Shown here: positions 8,772 through 14,861 of the stretch, piece by piece
How positions within the stretch are numbered: the stretch's first letter is position 1
Layout of the letters: the number at the start of each line of letters is the position of its first letter
Assembly (NCBI GenBank): GCA_003222235.1
Contig: QHVD01000026.1
Coordinates: 1-34,577, forward strand
Direction: 5' to 3'
DNA: 34,577 nt
DNA from: Gemmatimonadota bacterium
Lineage (GTDB): Bacteria > Gemmatimonadota > Gemmatimonadetes > Gemmatimonadales > GWC2-71-9
Position numbers and translations under genes: made by a program
Notes under the pieces: generated by a model
What the model was told of the DNA's origin: nothing
Seen by the model: only the letters and a program-made list of their open reading frames with translations
Database searches by the model: none

Positions 8772-9608
8772 TCAAGCCGGCGGCGTGAAGCGCGGGTAGT
8801 CGCCGAGCAGAGTGACCACCGCGCCCTGCGCCGCCAGTACCGCGAGGGCGGACTGCATCGCGGGCTCGTCGGCTCGCGCTTCCACGTCGAGGTAGAAGAG
8901 ATACTCCCACGGCGCCGTCCGGTCGGGCCGGCTCTCGAGCTTCGTGAGATTGAGGCCAGCCTCGGCGAAAGGCGCGAGCGCGCGCGCGAGCGTCCCCGGC
9001 CGGTGCGGCAGCTTGAGGCGTAGCGTGGTCTTCGCCGGGACGCCGGGCGGCGGCGGCGCCGGCTCGCGCGCCACGACCAGGAACCGTGTCTGGTTGTGCG
9101 GCTCGTCCTCGATCCGCTCGGCGAGGACGGCGAGCCCGTAACGCCGCGCCGAGAGCGCGCCCGCCACGGCACCGAGCGACGCGTCCGCGCGCCGCGCCAC
9201 CTCCGCCGCCGCTCCTGCCGTGTCATAGAAGGCCACCACTTCCACCCCCGAGAGCCCGCGCAGGAAACGCTCGCACTGCGCCAGAGCCACGGGGTGCGAC
9301 AGCACGCGCGTGAGCGACGCGCGGCTGGCACCGGGAACGGCGAGCAAGCAGTGATGGACGGCGGTCACCACTTCAGCCACGATCGCAAGACCCGACTCGG
9401 CGATCAGGTCGAAGTTCGTCGCGATCGAGCCGACCAGCGAGTTCTCAATCGGCAAGAGGCCCAGCTCGGCGCGCCCGGCGAGTACCGCGCCCGCCACGTC
9501 GCGAAACTCGCGATACGGCTGCGAGCGGTCATCAGGGTATTGTAAGAAGAGCGCTTCCTCGCTGTACGCCCCGGGCTCGCCCTGGAAGGCTATCCATTTG
9601 GTCGGCAC
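8772..9608 (-). CDS. pheA: Prephenate dehydratase
   Basis: The PDT domain reads IAFQGEPGAYSEEA...LLPIENSLVGSI...LSHPVALAQC. The C-terminal ACT domain reads TLRLKLPHRPGTLARALAPFAEAGLNLTKLESRP. Confidence 0.85.
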   Translation of the reverse strand: MPTKWIAFQGEPGAYSEEALFLQYPDDRSQPYREFRDVAGAVLAGRAELGLLPIENSLVGSIATNFDLIAESGLAIVAEVVTAVHHCLLAVPGASRASLTRVLSHPVALAQCERFLRGLSGVEVVAFYDTAGAAAEVARRADASLGAVAGALSARRYGLAVLAERIEDEPHNQTRFLVVAREPAPPPPGVPAKTTLRLKLPHRPGTLARALAPFAEAGLNLTKLESRPDRTAPWEYLFYLDVEARADEPAMQSALAVLAAQGAVVTLLGDYPRFTPPA

Positions 9609-9634
9609 GGGCTTAGAGTAACGGGTCGCGCCAC

Positions 9635-9666
9635 TTGCTGGCAGTGGTCTTCGGGATATATTCGGG
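9635..9666 (+). promoter_or_regulatory. Putative sigma70-type promoter (TTGCTG-16-TATATT) with an embedded 19-nt motif TCTTCGGGATATATTCGGG (candidate SOS/LexA-type operator)
   Basis: The 19-mer at 9648-9666 is identical to 13496-13514, upstream of imuB. It contains nTTC-N7-nTTC and a TTCGGG-N5-TTCGGG direct repeat, and it overlaps the -10 hexamer. Confidence 0.45.
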
Positions 9667-9707
9667 GTTGTTATCAGAATCGACCACCGAGCAGGCAGGA
9701 GCCGCAG

Positions 9708-9866
9708 ATGCAGATCCCCCTTGAGCTACCGCGCCCCCACCCCCACCCCTTCCCCGTGCCTGTCCCGCCGTCCCCCGGCACCGGGTGCCCAGACTGCGGA
9801 GCCGGCTTGGTCCGGCAATCGGGCTGCCTGGTTTGTGTCCAGTGCGGGTGGGCGCGATGCGGGTGA
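9708..9866 (+). CDS. Small (52 aa) zinc-ribbon protein, not in the ORF track because it is under 60 aa
   Basis: AGGAG lies 6 nt before the ATG. Translation: MQIPLELPRPHPHPFPVPVPPSPGTGCPDCGAGLVRQSGCLVCVQCGWARCG*. The paired CxxC motifs resemble, from memory, the C-terminal zinc ribbon of class II ribonucleotide reductases. Confidence 0.45.
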   Translation: MQIPLELPRPHPHPFPVPVPPSPGTGCPDCGAGLVRQSGCLVCVQCGWARCG

Positions 9867-9869
9867 GCC

Positions 9870-11036
9870 ATGGCGGACAGGCGGACTGACCGACCGGCGG
9901 ACGGTGGAGGCGTAGGCGTGCGCGCGCGGCAGGTGCTCGAGCTTCAATTGTTTCCGTCCACCTGTCCGCCAGTCGCTCCGTCCGCCCTGTCTTCGTCCGC
10001 CAGTCCACCGGTGCGTCCGTCCGCCCTCCCGGTGCTCGACCAGCGGCTCCGCGGCACCAAGTTCGTGTCGCTCTCCCCGAAGTCGCTTCTCAACTCACCG
10101 CAGCAGACGGGCGTGGACTTCTGGTCCCTGAACCCGTACGTCGGCTGCGAGTTCGGTTGCACGTATTGCTACGCCCGTTATGCACACCGCTACGTGGTCG
10201 AGCGGGCGCACGACGCTGGGAAGCTCTCGGACGACGAGTTCCGCGAATTCCGCGGACCGCAGGGCTGGGAGGCGTTCGAGCGGCGCATCTTCGTCAAGGA
10301 ACGGACTCTCGGCGCGCTGGAGTCGGACCTGCAGCGTTACTTCCGGTCCGCCGGCCGGTCGCACGCTCAGCCCGCACCGATCGTCATCGGCACCGCGACC
10401 GATCCCTACCAGCCCGCCGAGCGGCATTTCCGGATCACCCGCCGGATCCTGGAGCGCCTGGCGTGCTGCGAAGGCCTCAACCTCGGGATCATCACGAAGA
10501 GCCCGCTCATCGCGCGCGATCTGGACGTGCTGCGGGACATCCAGGCCCGCAACGATCTCGAGGTGTACGTCTCGCTCATCACGGTGGACGCGCCGCTCAT
10601 CCGGAAGGTCGAGGCCCGCTCGCCGATGCCAGCGGTGCGGCTGCGAGCCCTGAAGCGGCTGACGGACGGCCGGATCAACGCCGGGCTCATCGTGGCGCCG
10701 GTCCTTCCGGGGATTACGGACGATTTGCCTCAGCTGGAAGCCCTATTCCGGGCGGCCCGCGAGGCCGGCGCCAGGTTCGTACACGCGGGACCCTTGCGTC
10801 TCTACCCCGCCGTGCGCGACCGCTACCTGCCGGTTCTCGAGAAGCACTTCCCGCATCTCGCCGGGCGCTACCGGCGCGCCTACGCTCGCCAGAGCAGCGC
10901 GCCGCGGGAATACGCGGCGGCGCTGGCGCGTCGCATCAAACAACTCCAGCGGAGGTTCGGGTTTCCGGCGAACGACGGGATGCGGGACCGCTACGCGCGG
11001 CGGCGGCCGCCCACCCAGGGAGCGCTCGAGCTATGA
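9870..11036 (+). CDS. Radical SAM protein, COG1533 / SplB-like (PA0069/Rv2578c-type) family
   Basis: SPKSLLNSPQQTGVDFWSLNPYVGCEFGCTYCYARY carries the CxxxCxxC cluster, followed by TDPYQP and further family blocks. The first ~54 codons are translated repeat sequence, so the true start may be GTG 10032. Confidence 0.85.
   Translation: MADRRTDRPADGGGVGVRARQVLELQLFPSTCPPVAPSALSSSASPPVRPSALPVLDQRLRGTKFVSLSPKSLLNSPQQTGVDFWSLNPYVGCEFGCTYCYARYAHRYVVERAHDAGKLSDDEFREFRGPQGWEAFERRIFVKERTLGALESDLQRYFRSAGRSHAQPAPIVIGTATDPYQPAERHFRITRRILERLACCEGLNLGIITKSPLIARDLDVLRDIQARNDLEVYVSLITVDAPLIRKVEARSPMPAVRLRALKRLTDGRINAGLIVAPVLPGITDDLPQLEALFRAAREAGARFVHAGPLRLYPAVRDRYLPVLEKHFPHLAGRYRRAYARQSSAPREYAAALARRIKQLQRRFGFPANDGMRDRYARRRPPTQGALEL
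9872..10025. repeat. Inverted arrays of an ~8-nt unit (GGCGGAC x3, then GTCCGCC x4)
   Basis: GGCGGAC occurs at 9872, 9880 and 9896. GTCCGCC occurs at 9964, 9980, 9995 and 10019. The arrays could form a long imperfect hairpin. They are stop-free in the frame of the downstream ORF. Confidence 0.55.
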
Positions 11037-11447
11037 CGGCTCAACCTGGCCCAGCTCGGTGACGGCGCGGATTTCCGCCCACAGGATACTCAAGTCGAGC
11101 GGCTGCGAGAGGAAGCGCTCCGAGCGGACCGGGCCGCCGAACGAGTCCGGCAGCGGGCTCGCCCCGCAGAGGATGAACCGGCCGAGGAGCTCCGGGCGCA
11201 ACGTCGTTGCCTCCCGCCACAGCCACAACCCGCCGTCCGACAGCATCACGACGCTACTGACCACGGCGTCAAACCTGCTCAGCAGGATCGCTTTCAGGCC
11301 CTCCAAGCAATCGGCCGCGGTGGCCACGCGGCAGCCGCGGTTGCGGAGGTGACGCGCCAGCGTCTCCCGCAGGTCGGGGTCGTCCGCGACGACCAGAATC
11401 GAAAGGGCAGATCGATTCACGGCGGAGAGCTGCGAACGGAAAACCAT
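11031..11447 (-). CDS. Single-domain response-regulator receiver, probably a pseudo-receiver
   Basis: ILVVADDPDLRETLARHLRNRGCRV matches a REC N-terminus. At the expected phospho-acceptor position, FDAVVSSVVMLSDGG reads Ser-Ser rather than the usual (D/S)D. There is no output domain. Confidence 0.65.
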   Translation of the reverse strand: MVFRSQLSAVNRSALSILVVADDPDLRETLARHLRNRGCRVATAADCLEGLKAILLSRFDAVVSSVVMLSDGGLWLWREATTLRPELLGRFILCGASPLPDSFGGPVRSERFLSQPLDLSILWAEIRAVTELGQVEPS

Positions 11448-11477
11448 GCGTGCACTCCGCCCGGGCGTCGCCGAACG

Positions 11478-11759
11478 CTAGGACACGCGGCTTTTCCCGT
11501 TGTAGTGGGTGATCAGTCGCTCGACCCAGCGCGGGGCTCGACGTCCTCGACCCGCGTAGGCCTCCGCCAAGAGGCGGCAGATCTTCCGGCCGAGGAAGGC
11601 GCCGTCCCGCCCGTCGATGCCGGTGGTCAGCCCTTCGACGAGAGCGACGATAGCGGCCGCCTTGCGTGACCGCGGTCCCCTGCGCATCGTCGCCGACCGG
11701 CGTTTGGGCCGCGTGCGGCTTGCAGGGACCCTCGCAGTGCGCTTCACCCTGCTTCCCAT
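11478..11759 (-). CDS. Truncated paralogue (P3) of the two upstream HTH proteins: C-terminal domain only, with a basic N-terminus
   Basis: AAIVALVEGLTTGIDGRDGAFLGRKICRLLAEAYAGRGRRAPRWVERLITHY aligns with IGQLVRLLDELSGDLSPQQTMRLGREIAGLLAAAYETRRLSPPRWVQQFLQQY of P1. Confidence 0.45.
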   Translation of the reverse strand: MGSRVKRTARVPASRTRPKRRSATMRRGPRSRKAAAIVALVEGLTTGIDGRDGAFLGRKICRLLAEAYAGRGRRAPRWVERLITHYNGKSRVS

Positions 11760-11784
11760 GCAGTTCCCACCGCCTCAAGAGCAT

Positions 11785-11805
11785 AACTGCACAAACCGCA
11801 CACAC
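11785..11805. promoter_or_regulatory. Direct-repeat motif AACTGCAC-AAACCGCAC-ACAC upstream of P3 (candidate operator)
   Basis: On the gene-sense strand it reads GTGTGTGCGGTTTGTGCAGTT, just downstream of a TTGCCG-17-TATATG promoter-like pair. Related motifs lie at 12392-12416 and 12901-12921. Confidence 0.35.
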
Positions 11806-11850
11806 ACATATACCACGACAACGCCGGAGCGGCAAGTCCCGGCGCGCGCA

Positions 11851-12270
11851 CTAGGCGACTTCGCCGGCGGCTTTGCCCCGGCGGGGGCGGTAATGACGCA
11901 GCAGTGCTCGTACCCAGGGCGGTGGGACCAGGCGCCGCGTCTCGTACGACTCGACGAGCAGCGCGGCGATTGCGCGCCCGAGCTGCACTGTCTGCTCGGG
12001 CGAGAAGTCCACGGCCAGCTCATTCAGCAGGCGGACGAACTGGCCCACGTTCGGCGGGCGCGTGGCCGTGCCCTGGGCGGTGAGCCAGCTCTCCAGCCTG
12101 GTGCGGGTTGCGCTGCGGGGCGACGAGCCCCGCAGGAAATCGCGCAGCCCGTTCGGGCTCACACCCGTCTCTCTCGCCAGACGTCGCAGGGAGAACCGCG
12201 CCGCCTCGCGAGCGAGCCCGTCCCGCAGCAGGGGGACCGGCAGCGTCGGGGCGGCTGGGCGTGCCGTCAT
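11851..12270 (-). CDS. Uncharacterised HTH protein, paralogue P2 (139 aa)
   Basis: MTARPAAPTLPVPLLRDGLAREAARFSLRRLARETGVSPNGLRDFLRGSSPRSATRTRLESWL... is alignable over its whole length with P1. The 291-aa track ORF is an N-terminal over-extension. Confidence 0.7.
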   Translation of the reverse strand: MTARPAAPTLPVPLLRDGLAREAARFSLRRLARETGVSPNGLRDFLRGSSPRSATRTRLESWLTAQGTATRPPNVGQFVRLLNELAVDFSPEQTVQLGRAIAALLVESYETRRLVPPPWVRALLRHYRPRRGKAAGEVA

Positions 12271-12391
12271 TGGACCCCTGCGAGGTGTCCGGTGCGCACC
12301 TCCGGGCCATGTCCGATGACGACGCCGTCGCCGGAGCGGCGATCGTCGCTCGGCGTCTCGACCTGCTCCTTGCGCCGTTTGGCACCACCCC

Positions 12392-12416
12392 GAACCGAAC
12401 TGCACGAACTGCACAC
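12392..12416. promoter_or_regulatory. Direct-repeat motif GAACCG-AACTGCAC-GAACTGCAC-AC upstream of P2 (candidate operator)
   Basis: On the gene-sense strand it reads GTGTGCAGTTCGTGCAGTTCGGTTC, downstream of a TTGACG -35-like hexamer. Confidence 0.35.
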
Positions 12417-12463
12417 GCCGTACAAGTACGGCAGCGGTTCCGCCCTCGTCAAGCCCCAATTCG

Positions 12464-12886
12464 TCAGGCGACTTCGCTGGCGGTTTTGCCTCGGCGCGCC
12501 CGGTACTGCTGCAGGAACTGTTGGACCCAGCGGGGCGGGGAGAGCCGGCGCGTCTCGTACGCCGCCGCGAGGAGTCCGGCAATCTCGCGCCCGAGTCGCA
12601 TCGTCTGCTGAGGGGAAAGATCCCCCGAGAGCTCATCGAGCAGGCGGACGAGCTGACCGATGTTCGGGGGGCGCGTGACCCGCTGCTGATTGGAGAGCCA
12701 GCGCTCGAGCTTCGCGCGGGTGGCACTGCGGGGAGCCGATCCGTTGAGGAAGTTCCGCAGGCCGTTCGGGCTCAAGGAGATCTGCGCAGCCGCCTGGCGC
12801 AACGAGAGCCGGGCCGTCTCGCGCGCGACGGCATCACGCAAGAGGGGAACTGGGAGCGTCGGGACGTTACGCCGGCCACCACTCAT
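12464..12886 (-). CDS. Uncharacterised HTH protein, paralogue P1 (140 aa)
   Basis: LPVPLLRDAVARETARLSLRQAAAQISLSPNGLRNFLNGSAPRSATRAKLERWL is an XRE-like helix-turn-helix. The C-terminal domain ends ...PPRWVQQFLQQYRARRGKTASEVA*. Confidence 0.7.
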   Translation of the reverse strand: MSGGRRNVPTLPVPLLRDAVARETARLSLRQAAAQISLSPNGLRNFLNGSAPRSATRAKLERWLSNQQRVTRPPNIGQLVRLLDELSGDLSPQQTMRLGREIAGLLAAAYETRRLSPPRWVQQFLQQYRARRGKTASEVA

Positions 12887-12900
12887 TCGGCGGCCCCCGG

Positions 12901-12921
12901 GTGTGCAAGTTGTGCGGTTTG
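12901..12921. promoter_or_regulatory. GTGTGCAAGTT-GTGCGGTTT-G motif upstream of P1, in inverted orientation relative to the P2/P3 copies
   Basis: The plus-strand sequence here resembles the minus-strand reading of the 11785 and 12392 motifs. A TTGCAC-17-TAAGGT promoter-like pair lies on the gene-sense strand just upstream. Confidence 0.3.
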
Positions 12922-13010
12922 CCCGGAGCTACACACCACAACCTTAGCATAACCCGGAGGACCGTGCAACCGGGAACGCCGCCCGTGGGCTCCTCCCCCG
13001 GGGCTCCGCG

Positions 13011-13436
13011 TCACCCCTCGCCCGTCATTGCCGCCGCGAGCGCGCGGATCGGCGTCGGGCGAGGATCAACGCCTCGATACGTCCACGGCAGATCGATCTG
13101 CTCCCTGAACGTCGGCATTTCGGTCCACGAGTTGAACACGTGCGCCACCTCGTGCCGCGCCGGCACCGCGCCTGTGCGCGTCGGTCAAAGAGCTCCGGGT
13201 TGCGCTGTTCGACCGCGTACGGAAATCCCGCGGGAGCCACCGGAAGAAACGGTCGAGCATACGCCGCAAGCACGTCCTCTGAGGGCGGCTCGTAAAACGC
13301 GCTGTCGATCCCCACCCAGGTCGACGCTGAACTCGACGGTGTGCGGGATCCATTTGCCGAGCTCAACCAGGTTCGCTGGAGGAGGCGGCAGCGCGGTGAC
13401 ATCGTCGAAGAAGCGGGGATGGTCCCGGCTGGCCAT
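13011..13436 (-). pseudogene. Decayed gene read in three frames (weak DUF72/UPF0759-like resemblance)
   Basis: Three frames each hold a protein-like piece. One reads MASRDHPRFFDDVTALPPPPANLVELGKWIPHTVEFS. One reads WVGIDSAFYEPPSEDVLAAYARPFLPVAPAGFPYAVEQRNPELFD. One reads VPARHEVAHVFNSWTEMPTFREQIDLPWTYRGVDPRPTPIRALAAAMTGEG*. No single frame is open across the span. Confidence 0.4.
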
Positions 13437-13480
13437 AGAAGTTGAAGTATAGCAACATGTTATCTCTCTAGAAACCGGCC

Positions 13481-13514
13481 TTGCGGCCCTTACAATCTTC
13501 GGGATATATTCGGG
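13481..13514 (+). promoter_or_regulatory. Putative promoter of the imuB-dnaE2 cassette (TTGCGG-18-TATATT) with the same embedded 19-nt motif (candidate SOS/LexA-type operator)
   Basis: TCTTCGGGATATATTCGGG at 13496-13514 is identical to 9648-9666 and overlaps the -10. It lies 20 nt upstream of the imuB ATG. imuB/dnaE2 cassettes are classically LexA-regulated. Confidence 0.5.
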
Positions 13515-13533
13515 TCCCTCTTGGGTGCTCTAG

Positions 13534-14832
13534 ATGGCGCGAAATCACCTGACGAGCTCCTCCGCCGTCTGCTGCTGGATACCGCTATTCGCGCTGCGCT
13601 GCGAAGCGGCGCGGCGACCCGAGCTCGGGTCCCGGCCCAGCGCGCTCGTCGCACCCGACGATACCCGCAGGGTGTGGCAGGTCTCGCCGCTCGCCCGGCA
13701 TGCGGGCGTGAAGCCCGGGATGACCGTCAGCCAGGCGATCGGTCTATGCCACACGCTCCTGCTGTGCGAAGCCGACCCGGTCTATTACGACGAGCAGTTC
13801 GCTCGACTGCTCTCCGCCCTGGGAGCGGTGAGTCCCGTCATCGAGGCGCCCGAGCTGGGCAGGGTGTTCGTGGGGACGGACGGGTTGGAAGGGTTGTATG
13901 GGGGGCCGGAACGGATCGCGGATGCGATCAAGTGCGGAGTGCGGAGTGCGGAGTGCGGAATTTCAATGCAAGCTCGTTCGCCACGACACTCACCTGAAAA
14001 CTCCGCATTCCGCACTCCGCATTCCGCACTCCGGGTGGGGTGGGGCATGGGCAAGTTCGTCTCCTGGGTGGCCGCGACCCGCGCCAAGCCAGGTGGCGCG
14101 GTCATCGTTCGCCCCGGGGAGGAGGGGAAGTTCCTCGCGGCGCAGCCGCTGGCCGTGTTGCCGCTCGATCCGGACACGCACCGCCGGCTGCGGCTGCTCG
14201 GGCTCCGCACGATTGGGGACCTCGCGGCGCTTCCGGAGGAAGCGGTGGTCTCGCAGCTCGGTCGCGCCGGGCGCCGCCTGTGGCGGCTCGCGGCGGGCGA
14301 GACCGCGGAGCGGGTCGTCGGCCGCGAGGCGCCTGAGCCGATCACCGCCGCCATCGCCTATTTCTCTCCGGTTGCCGAGCGGGAACTGCTCGCGCACGCG
14401 CTGGAGCAGCTGATCGAGCGCGCGCTCAGGCACCCGCGCCGCGCCGGCTGGCGGGTACAGGTGCTGCGTGCGCGCGCCGAGCTCGAGCACGGCGCGTCGT
14501 GGCTCGCCGAGGCGACGCTCAAGGACCCGTCGGCGGACCGGGATCGCATCGCCGCGCCGCTCAAGACGCGCCTCGAGCAGGCGCCCCCCACCGGGGCCGT
14601 GGAGCGGCTCGCCGTCGAGTTCACCGGGTTCGCGCCGGGCACCACCGAGCTGCAGCTCTTCGCGCGCGACGCGCGCGCCGCCGCCCGGGCCGGCCGACGC
14701 CGCGCGCTCCGCACCGCCGTCCACGAGATCAAGCTCCGGCTCAAGCGCCCGATGCTGTACCACGTCATCGCCGTCCAGCCATGGTCGCGCATCCCCGAAC
14801 GCCGCTACGCGCTGATCGACTATGAACCCTAG
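13534..14832 (+). CDS. imuB: ImuB, Y-family-polymerase-like component of the ImuB/DnaE2 mutasome; catalytic-fold part only, truncated by a repeat-borne TAG
   Basis: The N-terminus reads AVCCWIPLFALRCEAARRPEL...VSPLARHAGVKPGMTVSQA...DPVYYDEQF...SPVIEAPELGRVFVGTDGLEGLYGG. The gene sits directly upstream of dnaE2. It contains an in-frame ~35-codon repeat insert (CGVRSAECGISMQ...[12 protein letters not shown]). Confidence 0.85.
   Translation: MARNHLTSSSAVCCWIPLFALRCEAARRPELGSRPSALVAPDDTRRVWQVSPLARHAGVKPGMTVSQAIGLCHTLLLCEADPVYYDEQFARLLSALGAVSPVIEAPELGRVFVGTDGLEGLYGGPERIADAIKCGVRSAECGISMQARSPRHSPENSAFRTPHSALRVGWGMGKFVSWVAATRAKPGGAVIVRPGEEGKFLAAQPLAVLPLDPDTHRRLRLLGLRTIGDLAALPEEAVVSQLGRAGRRLWRLAAGETAERVVGREAPEPITAAIAYFSPVAERELLAHALEQLIERALRHPRRAGWRVQVLRARAELEHGASWLAEATLKDPSADRDRIAAPLKTRLEQAPPTGAVERLAVEFTGFAPGTTELQLFARDARAAARAGRRRALRTAVHEIKLRLKRPMLYHVIAVQPWSRIPERRYALIDYEP
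13931..14033. repeat. Hairpin-type heptamer element inside imuB: (AGTGCGG)x4 - 41-nt spacer - inverted 31-mer
   Basis: The left arm is 13931-13958 (+aat). The right arm, 14000-14030 (actccgcattccgcactccgcattccgcact), is identical to 21683-21713. The arms pair with G:T (G:U) wobbles. The element is read through in frame. Confidence 0.9.
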
Positions 14833-14861
14833 TGCGGAATGCGGAGTGCGGAATGCGGAAT
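14831..14861. repeat. 31-nt heptamer element AGTGCGGAATGCGGAGTGCGGAATGCGGAAT (left copy of a perfect inverted pair)
   Basis: The reverse complement of 15164-15194 is identical, 31 of 31. The preceding T plus the element's first AG form the imuB stop TAG (14830-14832). Confidence 0.95.

Noticed and set aside
12901-13452. 183-aa plus-strand ORF, and the 13025-13402, 13066-13353 and 13185-13436 minus-strand ORFs, taken as independent genes
   Set aside because: The plus-strand ORF is low-complexity and spans an intergenic region plus the decayed gene. The three minus-strand ORFs are best explained as pieces of a single frameshifted remnant.
14827-14835. Programmed -1 frameshift joining imuB to the C-terminal-domain ORF
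   Set aside because: The frame relation (-1) is right, but the sequence GAA CCC TAG has no X XXY YYZ slippery heptamer. Termination-reinitiation at TAGTG, or simple gene splitting, is more parsimonious.
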